Shown here: one piece after another, positions 51,800-62,460 of the stretch | Layout: the number at the start of each line of letters is the position of its first letter | How positions within the stretch are numbered: the stretch's first letter is position 1 | Assembly (NCBI GenBank): GCA_976551045.1 | Contig: CDPCPM010000007.1 | Location: 16,802,001-16,866,000, forward strand | DNA length: 64,000 nucleotides | Direction: 5' to 3' | From: Glaucostegus cemiculus | Lineage: Eukaryota | The notes under the pieces: generated by a model | Seen by the model: only the letters and a program-made list of their open reading frames with translations | Database searches by the model: none | What the model was told of the DNA's origin: nothing | Translations under genes and position numbers: made by a program

Positions 51800-53595
51800 C
51801 TGTAAAAACACTATATTCAGTAATGCTACTCATGCCTAATCCTTAGATCACTTAAATCCTGCACTATCAGCACAAAAATGTACAACCAAATCCTTTGTGT
51901 AATCCAAAATCTGTTCTATTACTGTTCATGTAATTTTTGCATCTTTTGAGTTAGTTGGAGCTTATTTAAATGTTCCATAAATCTGTGCTAATATCAAAGT
52001 ACAAATGACAATCACAATATGAACTTATATACCAAGAACTTAATTTATTTACATTTTATTTAAAGCATTTTTGATTGAATTAACTCAAAAAAATGAAGCC
52101 AAACCAACAGCAAAACTAAGTGTATTTAAGATCATGTGTTTTGTTCAAGTTTGGTTAATGACAGAATGTTTGTGTGCAATAACTAGATGGTGAAAAACGA
52201 AACAGAATCCCTGTACTAGAGCAAATACACTATCCTGCAAGTTTTTCTCCCACCACTCTTCAATCCCTTCTTAGCCATGTAATTTTCATCACCACTACTA
52301 GCTATAAACAGCAATCCTATGACACATCATTCATACAATCCAGCATATAGTTTCTGCCTGACATCTTACTATAGCATTTTCTATTTTTATTTCATACTTT
52401 CATAGTATTTTGTTCATTTCCATACCACTACCTTGAGGAGACACACAATTATTTCGTGCTTTTTAAAAATATATATTTCTTGGGAAATATCAACTCAAAC
52501 CTATATAATGTTTTACTTAAATTAATTGCAGGACAATTCTCTGATGACCTTTGCCTATAGTTTCAAATCAAATGAAGACCACCATTAAAATTAAGAGCAT
52601 TTTTTAAACAAAAAGGATGCCTCACGTTGTTTAAACGAATCCCATTTGAATTGCAGTTTTTATGAAAGCTTGTTCGTCAGATCTCTATAAACTTGTATGC
52701 AAATAATTTCAAACTCACTAAACCATAGAGCCACATTATCTTTTTGACTATTACCAGAAATAAAGAATCTACTTTGTCCCACAAGTTCAGCTTTTGTCTT
52801 GGGTATTTGAACACAAAAGTAACACTAAATTGTACTACATCTATCAATGACTTTGATATTATAATGTTAACTCTATTGTGCAATTTTAACCTAAATGTTT
52901 ATTTTGTGCACATCACAGCCTATTCATATTTCTCATTTTCGTTTCATTCCTAGTCTTTTTTCCCCACCTGATACTTTTTACTCATTTATTTTCCCACTCA
53001 CCATCCCCCCCACCCCCAAGCATAATTCACTTTGTGCTATAAAAGGTTGAGATTACTGTCAGGATGTCACAGCTTGAAGATTTGATGCACTTGCATCAGA
53101 TTCAGCTCTTTGCTGAATTAAAAGAAATTAAACCCATTTAAAGAAAGAATTGAACTCTCCAGCAGGATAACAGGAAGGAAATTTACTAGGAGTGTATTAA
53201 AGATGAGAATTTTAACCTTCCATCATTGTGCTCTTGCTGTTTCTTGCAACAATACAAAACTAAAAGCAGCTAATATGAAGATCTGATTTTAGTATTTTAG
53301 ATTTGTGCACAATTAGACAGCAAACAGTTAATTAAATCCAAAGGAATTCCAATCAACAAGCTAAACTGTGAGGATGTCTGGCATTCAGCTATGGATTCTG
53401 TCTAACTGTATGCAGTTTTAATAATTTAAATTACTAGGCAAGAACATATGTAAACAATGATTGTGAATTCCACACTTAGATTGGATATATAGAGTTAACT
53501 GCATGCTGGAAATTCATGTAGTCTAAGCCTGGAATCATTGCTATTGGTTACCAGAAAGGTCCACTAATTCCCTGTCCCTTATCACAAGACCTCAC

Positions 53596-53653
53596 CTGTA
53601 TTCACAGTATCCATACATTCTTCCTTGTCATCTTGTGGAGAATTCTCAAATTC
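53596..53653 (-). CDS. CHD7: CHD7 coding exon (exon 28 equivalent, 58 bp)
   Basis: EFENSPQDDKEECMDTVNT; acceptor ttttttgcag, donor gtgagg; phases fit both neighbours. Confidence 0.9.
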
Positions 53654-53861
53654 CTGCAAAAAATTATCTATTAAGATTTTTGGCACAAGATCATGGATTG
53701 TTAATCTTTCCCAAAAGTTTATGAAATGCAAAATACTTAAGTTCAAAGCAGTACTTTCAAATTATTAGTGTGTGATGTTCACATCAACAAAAATGGGCAA
53801 ATCAGATAATTTAAGTCAAATTTTGCAATGAGAAGCTTATAGCTTCATTAACGTTACTCAC

Positions 53862-53934
53862 ATCCATTTCATCTTTGAATGGAATTCTGCCTGGTTTATA
53901 TTCTGGATCTTCCTCCTCTCTGTCAAAATCAACA
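53862..53934 (-). CDS. CHD7: CHD7 coding exon (exon 27 equivalent, 73 bp)
   Basis: VDFDREEEDPEYKPGRIPFKDEMD; acceptor ttctttcag, donor gtgagt. Confidence 0.94.
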
Positions 53935-54061
53935 CTGAAAGAACAGTTTTTATTAAAAGTCATAGCCTTGATGCTGCTGCTTATTGAATGTTGGACTGGG
54001 TGAGTTTGGGGAGGGGGGGTGGGGGTGCTGGATTGTAAAGGGTCTCAAAAGCACAACTTAC

Positions 54062-54191
54062 CCATCACTAACATCTGCCAGCACATCTGTTCCCCTCTGT
54101 TCAGCAGCCATGGCCTTTGCGTCAGGCATTCCTACCCGCTCCAGGAAACAGAATAAAGGATCTGCCCTTATAGAATTGTATTTTTCATAGC
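54062..54191 (-). CDS. CHD7: CHD7 coding exon (exon 26 equivalent, 130 bp)
   Basis: [44 protein letters not shown]; acceptor ctttacgtag, donor gtaagt. Confidence 0.95.
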
Positions 54192-55559
54192 CTACGTAAA
54201 GGAACCAAGAATTTTTAAACCACACATTTTAATCTGTGAACATAACTGTATACAAATCATTTTTTATTTTTACACAAAATATCGATTTATATGCTTATGC
54301 ACCCACATAAAACATATTTCCTGGAAGTTGGAGAAATGTAATAGAAGTTAACATTTCAATAATTCAATTTACCAGTTTGATCATAATTTCCTGTACTGAC
54401 ATACAAAGTTACATTACAGCTTGACATTTTCTTGAATATACTTGTCTTTGAAATTATGATTTAATATAGAAACATTTAATATTTGCAAGATGTTTAAGTC
54501 TGAAGTTAATCACTTAATGGGAACGGAGAAGTGTAATTATATAGCAACAATTTTACTTTACGATAATTCCCCTTTCAAAATTTATATACACTAATTATAA
54601 GATATTTGGCTGCAAAACTTTAGGAGAATTAGTCAATCAAGAAATGAGACTTAAAAGGAGGGGAAATTAGCAGCATCTTTTGAGCTAGTTATAGCACTTC
54701 CATTAATACAGAACATTAAAAAGTTGTACGTTCCAGAAATAACTGAGAAAATGATTGTCAGGCTAGACTCACTTCAGTTGGACCACAAGCAATACTGCCT
54801 CAGTCAACCAAAAACAGCATAATTCAATTAGGTTCTGCACTGTGACACATTGTTCTTAAGTACTCTTGAGCCTCAAGCCAAATTGTAATCATGAAAGGTT
54901 TTATAAGCCATCAGTCTACCCCCCTAGTCAGGACACACACTAGAGAATTCCACTGTGACCTCGAGTGAATTTGGATTATGATTAGGAACTGCTCTTTGTA
55001 TACATCACGGCTGTTCTGCATCCCAGTGGTTCAGAGTTAACAAGACAGTATTCCACAACAGGGAATGGGAAAGTCTCAGTGCTGACATTTGTGAAATACT
55101 ACTTGGAAAAAAGCCCAGGAGGCACTTATACAGATTAATAGCGAAGGTTAAGCTACTATTCACTCCAATGCAGGGCTAGAGCAGAGAAGTGGAACAAGAG
55201 AAGCAGTGCTGGGAGCAGAGATAGTTGCAGTTTAGTAACATAAACATGCTCTGAGTTTTTAATTATTGAAATAGGTGCATTTTGCAATGAACATTTGGGA
55301 AAAAGATCTTCATTAGAGTGTCTTAAAGTATAATGTGCAACATCCAAGCAATCAACCATAAACATTAAGTATTTCAACAAGAATCAAAAAACAAACCCCT
55401 CAATTTGGAATTTATTTTCTTTAGATGAGGTCAATTTGATTCAAATTAGTCTCTTTTTCCTTAACTGAAATTCTCCTCCTCCATAGAGTACAGTTCCTTT
55501 AACTGTTAGTTTCATTTCTTACACTGTTCTCAACCCTATTCCTCCCTCAGAGCCACGAG

Positions 55560-56475
55560 AAAGATTGCCCATCTTAATCTAATAGCTTTGACATTTAGTA
55601 AGTATCTGATATTCACCATAGTGTGTGAAATCTTCAACATGCATTTGGTGATCACAGCATATCTGCCTCTCCACTCTATACAGCATTTTGAAGAGACCAT
55701 TCCTTTCAGAACACACCATTTCACTCCTCCAACACTAATATCCCCAGATACTTCCCTGTGCAGCCACATGCTTCCTCCTTTCAAGGGTCCAAAACACTTT
55801 TTGATCAAACAACAATTTACCTGTAGTTCTTTTAACATAGCATATCATCGATCACGTTCATGATGCTGTGTCCTCTACAATGGACAACATAAACAGCCTT
55901 GCTAAACAACTTCATTCAGTCCACAAATTTGTGTGTGTGGAGTTCTGAGAGACCCTCTCCCACTGCTCTACCTCTGTGGTTTCTACTGGTCCTTTTCATC
56001 TTTGAATGGAATTCTGCCTGGTTTATATTCTGGATCTTCCCCCTCTCTGTCAAAATCAACACTGAAAGAACAGTTTTTATTAAAAGTCATAGCCTTGACG
56101 CTGCTGCTTATTGAATGTTGGACTGGGCGAGTTGGGGGGGGGGGGGGGGTGGGTGGGGGTGCTGGATCGTAAAGGGTTTCAAAAGCACAACTTACCCATC
56201 ACTAACATTTCAACCCAAAATTTCAACAATTCTTCCCACCCTGCCCCCAGATGCTCCTTGACTCAGAGGTTTTTCCTGATTTTCAGGTCACCTGCCACTT
56301 GGTTGTCTCACCTTTCATCGTATCCATTCCACTCACATCACCCTCTCTGCAACTGGAAACCAATCTCAACCTGAAATTAGCCCCCTTTGGGGCTTCAACA
56401 TGGAACTAGCCCCCTTCATCTTTCCATGGATCCTGACTGACCTGCTTAGTAATTCCAGCATTTTGTTTTATTCTG
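55560..56475 (+). mobile_element. Decayed Penelope-like 3' fragment interrupted by the CHD7 exon duplicate
   Basis: FKGPKHFLIKQQFTCSSFNIAY (GIY-YIG N-terminal motif); terminal motif gactgacctgcttagtaattccagca ~56435-56460. Confidence 0.7.
55994..56208 (-). pseudogene. Intronic duplicate of CHD7 exon 26 3' end + intron 26 + most of exon 27
   Basis: Near-identical, same-orientation copy of 53867-54074 (5 substitutions plus an altered G-tract). Confidence 0.95.
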
Positions 56476-56794
56476 CAATTATCTTTTTCATTTTAAATTT
56501 GCAACTTTGTCCATACATCAAGATGAATTACACCTACAGAACAAATGAATAATTTTTCATCTGATTATCTACCTTACAACCCTCCCCCACCCCAACTATG
56601 ATATCCAAGCTATTTCAACATGGTGTTTCAAACCCCAAAGCCTTGCTTTTTCATCCCAACATCCACAATAGGCATATCTTTCTGTGGTAGTCGCTGGACG
56701 TCATTCTGCAAGGGTGAAACTAGCTTGCATTTTTTCCATATTGCCAAAGACCATGCTCTCTCATGAAAATTTGGTAAAAATCAGTTAACTTGCA

Positions 56795-58350
56795 GTTAAG
56801 CTGTGCGGACCAGCTTAAAGATGTACTGGCTGACATCTTCAACATCTCCCTACAGCAGGCTGTTGTTCCTAAGTGCCTAAAATCTGCCACCATCATACCT
56901 GTTCCCAAGAAGCCTCCTCCAAAGTGTCTGAATGACTACCGTCCTATAGCCCTAACACCGATTGTCATGAAATGCTTTGAGAGGCTAGTTATGAAGCACA
57001 TTAGAGCCTCCCTCCCCCCATCCTTGGATCCTCATCAGTATGCTTATCGGGCAAACAGGTCAACCGATGATGCAGTCTCCTCTGCCATGCACTCTGCACT
57101 ACATCACTTAGAGAAGAAGGACTCATACTGCCGGCTGCTATTCATTGACTTCAGCTCCGCTTTCAATACCATCATCCCACAACAACTTATCAGGAAGTTG
57201 AGCGCTCTGGGCATCAACACTCCTCTCTGCAACTGGATACTGGATTTTCTAACTGGCAGGCCGCAGTCAGTCAAAATTGGTGAAAACATCTCAAGCACCA
57301 TCACACTGAGCACTGGCTCCCCTCAGGGTTGTGTGCTCAGTCCGCTCCTGTTCACCTTGTTGACCCACGACTGTGAGGCCAGATTCAGCTCCAACCGCAT
57401 TGTTAAATTTGCCGATGACACGACAGTGGTGGGTCTTGTTACGAATGACGATGAGTCGGACTATAGAGAGGAGGTGAACCAACTAGCCGTGTGGTGCCAT
57501 GACAACAACCTCTCCTTGAATGTGGATAAAACCAAGGAGATGATAGTGGATTTTAGGAGGGGTCATCGTGTGCACGCTCCGCTGACCATCAACGGGTCTG
57601 CTGTGGAACAAGTACGCAGCACCAAGTTCCTGGGGGTGCACATCACCGACGACCTGACCTGGTCCACTAATATTACGGCCCTCACGAAGAAGGCTCAGAA
57701 ACGCCTCTACTTCCTGCGGAGACTGAGGAAAGCGTACCCACACCCCACAGTCGTGAAATCCTTCTACAGGGGGACCATTGAGAGCATCCTAACTCAATGT
57801 ATCTCTGTTTGGTTTGGAAGCTGCTCAGCTGCTGGGCGGAAGTCCCTTCAGAAGATAGTTAAGGCTGCGGAGTGGATCATAGGTGTCTTGCTTCCATCCC
57901 TCGCAGACATATACAAAGACCGTTGTGTGAGGAAGACCAAAAGCATAATGGACGACCCCTCTCACCCCTCCCACCACCTCTTCACAATTTTGCCATCAGG
58001 GAGGAGGCTTAAATGTATCAGGGCAAGAACGTCCAGGCTGAACAATAGCTTCTTTCCGCAAGCCATAAGAACTGCAAACTCTCTCATCCCTCCATCTTCC
58101 CTTGTTAACACTAGGAGATGCTAGGTGCACAGAAATGCACCAGCACTTTAAATGCCCGACACCAGCCTGTTCACTTTAAGATCTATTTATGTAAGAACTA
58201 ATGGGTAATGTTTTGTACTGTGTATGTGTCTCTCTGTTGGTTGTTATGTTATTCTTTTCTATGAGACGTGTTCCTGTGGAGGACGGTATCTCGCTCCTAT
58301 GCGTACCATGTATGTATATGGTTGTGACAATAAAGCTGATTCTGATTCTG
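56795..58350 (+). mobile_element. Young 5'-truncated Rex1/Babar-type LINE with uninterrupted RT ORF (56790-58124)
   Basis: [60 protein letters not shown]; 3' end AATAAA followed by GATTCT repeats (~58329-58350). Confidence 0.9.
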
Positions 58351-58467
58351 AACATAATTAGAATTGTACTTAGAGCTATACTTGTGTGCCACATTAAGTA
58401 TTTACACATTATGCTTTGATTGGGGTACTTATGAATTACATACAAGACATACATAGAAATTACATAC

Positions 58468-58571
58468 CATGCTTAAATACTCCAATAAGAAGGCATTTAT
58501 CAGCCTCCCGATCCCACCAATCTGTAGGAAGTTCACCATGATCGATTTCTGGGATCCAGATATCTACATCA
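58468..58571 (-). CDS. CHD7: CHD7 coding exon (human exon 25 equivalent, 104 bp); first exon in window, gene continues beyond 64000
   Basis: Manual translation [34 protein letters not shown](G); acceptor tttgtttag, donor gtatgt; phase 2 in, phase 1 out. Not in ORF track. Confidence 0.93.
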
Positions 58572-60244
58572 CTAAACAAAAAAGTTTTCACGTGTAAATG
58601 AAAGCTGTTTCTCAAAAATTGTCATTTATTCAATCTTGAAACAGGAATTTCTATAACGACATGCAAAAATGCCAATTAATTTTCATTAATATTAATGTCA
58701 AAAACTTATTCAATGGAACAAAAAACTAAGGACTTCAATTTTAAAATCTAGGACAATTTTAGTTTTCAAGTTCTAGTGCAACAGTAATTTGACTTTTTAT
58801 TCCCACTTCTCAGAGCTTTAAATGGAATACAGCAGTTTATCACCAAAATTAATTATGAAGCTACAAACTTTTATGCATTTTTAAAACCAACTACATGAAC
58901 AGATTGCTGTAATTAACATTTAAGCTAAATCTTCAAGAAGGTATTCCTACCTAATCTACAAAATTGGACACAGATTCTAACTCACTTTTCAGAAGAAATT
59001 CTGTTGGGTGTTTGGGCCACCGTATTAGATTACAATAGATTCCAAAATAAGTACTGCAAGCTAACTGCAGGTATCTAAATACAAAATGATCCTAGATTAT
59101 AATAATGAGAAAATAGATAAGATTATACATTAAGATTAAAATGTCTGATGGGATGGTTGCAGAGAAGATTAAAGGCATAACATCACCTCTTTGCTAGAGA
59201 AATGACTTCCAATCTACTCAACATTTCCTGAAGAAACAATTTTAAAACATCCTACAAAAATCTAAAAACAATGTACATTTTAAAGTATATAATCTAAAAC
59301 CCTGAATGTAAAAAAAAACTTGCAAGATAGCACCACCCATTGAGATTGAGATAAATTTAGTATAGATTTAGAATCAAATCTCGGGCCTTTCTGATACATT
59401 AACTACTGTAAGTAGCCAACATAAATATTATATTTAATTGAAAACTGCTCTCAAAGGTACGGAAACATTTGGTAAGTTAGTCAGCTGAACTGTGGTAAAG
59501 GCTGATAGGAGGTTACAGCTTGGACTCTGCTAGCAAGAAGAAATAAAAAGGAGGCTTGCCAGCCAGGTCCAAGTCAGTTCCACTTCCAGTGTCAGAAGCC
59601 TGGCAAACGGCTTACTGTCGCTTCTACTTCAAGTCCATCTGTTTTATTTTCTACAATTTAGCTTGTTATGCAAAATGCCTTGCTTACAAGTTGTAGTATT
59701 CTGACTGCACAAGATCTGTGATTCTAACTGATCATTTTTTGTACCATCTCCAACAACTGTATCCTTTTAATAACTATTCACGTCTGTATGATTAAATCAG
59801 TTACATAAAAATTTATTATTTTCTGCTTTTGTTTCTCTCACTAGAAATAAATCCCAATATACTGATGCATTCATATGGCCTTACTAACCTACATTGATAT
59901 TGATGCATGATTCAATCCCATTGTTTCTAAGTCACCAGACTCTTTCAAGTAGTAACCAAATTTTTCTCCAGCAAAATACATTTCACATTTATACACTAAG
60001 CTTTATTTGCTGATTACATGCCCATTCTTAAAGTGTATTAACTTCTCCTGTAGTTTGAAGCTAGCCTCTGTATTAACTATACTGTATATCCACAAATCTC
60101 CTCAAAGCTATCCACAGATTTTGAAATTGCACTTCCAATCCAGAGCTCACATTTATGCAAATAATGAACAATAAGCAGTTCCAGCACCAATTACAGCACA
60201 CGCTTCACTACTTTTATCAAATACAACAATTAAATCCCAAGTGA

Positions 60245-62460
60245 AAATAAAAGTGGCAGATGTTAGAAATCTTAAAAAAAATGAAAACACTGTAAACATT
60301 CAGCTGATCTGGTAGCATCTGTGGAAAGAGAAACAATATTTCAGGTCAAAAACCCTTCATCAGAACTGGAAAAAAGAAAACTAGTTTTATATCGCAGAGA
60401 AGGTGAGACAGGGATGGAGAGGATAAAGGGAATATTTCTGATAAACCAGATCTAGGTATGCCATAAGGTTAAGTTGTAGAGGTTTTCCAATTATGGGGTT
60501 AATGTGAACAGTTAGTGGGGGTGGGGGGAGAACAAAAGCGGAGAAGAGGGCGGTGAGGTGAGATTACAAAGGAGACAAGAGAAAGTCCTGATGCAGTGCA
60601 GTGACCTGAAACATCAACAATTCCTCCCTGCCACCCCCCACAGATGCTGTTCGACCCGCTGAGTTCTCCCAGCGGGTTTGATCTTTTTTGACAAACGAAT
60701 GTAACAAGGTGCTAAATGCAGCCCAAAGGTCAGGCTGAGCTAATGGAGTAAAACTGAACCAATATCACAGATGGGTAATTTACTACAAAAATGGCCAGTT
60801 CTGATACAGTCAGAAAAAGCGCATTACCTAAAGTCAAAGAATTTGACATGGGGTCCAGAAAGCTGCAAAGTGCTCAGGTACATAAGGTGTTGTTCTTCAA
60901 GCTTACGTTGAGCATCAGGAAGCCACAGATAGGTCAAAGTGAAAGTGGGATGGTCAATTAAACTGGCAAGCAACAGGGAGCTTGGAGTTGTCCCTGCAGG
61001 CACCCTGGAAAGCAGTCTTTTGTGTTTGGTTTTGTCAATGTATGGGAGACTAGACTGCTAATGATGAATGCATACATAGATTCGGAGAAATGCAAGTAAA
61101 TTACTGCTTCACTTGGAATGATTGTGCAGATCTATGGATGGTGGGAAGGGAAGAGGTAAAAAGGACAGGTGTGTCATCATCTGAAGTTGCATGGGAATTT
61201 CAAGAGGTGAGAGTCTGGTGGGGATGAAGAGAGGACCAGGATTCAGACTGTCCTCTTCAAAATGCTGAAAGGGAGGAAAAGATGTATGGGTGGTAGAATC
61301 TTGCTGAATCTGGTGGAAATTGTCAAGGATGATCTGTTGATTGTGGAGGCTGATAAAAAGTGTTGAGGGGTGAGGGAGTGAGAGCAGAAGTGTGTGCAAA
61401 AGATGAGATGTGGTTAAGGGCTCTCAAGTATGGTAGAGGGAAAGTCATGATTTAGAAAGACATATTTCAGAGGCATCTCTGTGGGAGGTCTGATCATCAA
61501 AGCAAATATGATGGAGGGACTTAAACTGGGAGAATGGAATGGAGTCCTCAGAGGAGGCAGAGTGGGAGAAAGTATTGATAACTCTCCTACATTTCCCCAA
61601 GAGGGAGAAATCCGGAAAGGGAAGGAAAAAGTCAAAGATGGACCACATGAAGGTAGAAAATGGCAACTAAAGCAATGAACTTTTTTTTTTAAATTTCAGA
61701 TGGCGCAGGAAGCAGCACCAATGCAGTCAGCTGATGTACCTGAAAAAAAGTTGAGGGAATGGGCCAAGCAGGACTGAAATAAAAACTACCCCACAAGAAG
61801 AGGGACATATATTGGGCCCAAACAAATTTCCACAGTTTTTGTATATCTTTGATTTGAGTGATGTTCAAGGAGAAGTTGGGCAATGCGAGGATGAGTTCAG
61901 CGGATGAATGAGTCAATGAAAGGGAAATGGTTGGGCCTCCGTTCAAGGAAGTGGAGGGCTCTCAGACTATCCTCATGTGGAATAGAGGTTTAGAGGTAGT
62001 GTCCTTGCCATGTGCATACAAGGAAACCAGAAGTAGTCAGAATGTGGAGGGCATCAGAGGGGCATGGATGTAGGTTGGAAGGGACAAAGCCAGGAGAGAA
62101 AGGGTGGAGTTAAATAGGAAGAAATCAATTTGGTAGGGCAGAGCAGGCAGAAACAATAATTGCGCCCAGATAGTTCTGCTTGTGGATTTTTGACAAAAGA
62201 CAGTGAACTGTGCTGGCTGGAGGACTATAAGCCTGGAAGCTGCAGAGAGTAGACCTCCCAAAGAAATGAGATCTCCAAGAGCCTGAGAGACAATGGCCTG
62301 ACTTTTGGTTGTGGGGCCATGGTCCAGAGGGAGGTACGAGGACAATTTTGAGAGCTGATGCTTGGCCTCTTTGAAGTAGAAGACAGTCTGCCAGACAACA
62401 GCACCAATCTTGTTGACAGGCTGGCAACCCGGTGTTCTTGGTCCATTCTTCCATCCTCCA
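60245..62460 (-). mobile_element. Decayed Penelope-like element
   Basis: LLSKIHKQNYLGAIIVSACS (LPKIHK..GRPIVS motif), FRYIDDCIGAAS-like DNA at ~61710-61745, GIY-YIG relic ~61020-61120, terminal CTGATGA..GAAA motif ~60339-60363. Confidence 0.8.

Noticed and set aside
58468-58571. Assignment of the gene to CHD8, CHD9 or CHD6
   Set aside because: This exon is conserved family-wide, but the C-terminal exons ([55 protein letters not shown]) and exon sizes are CHD7-specific.
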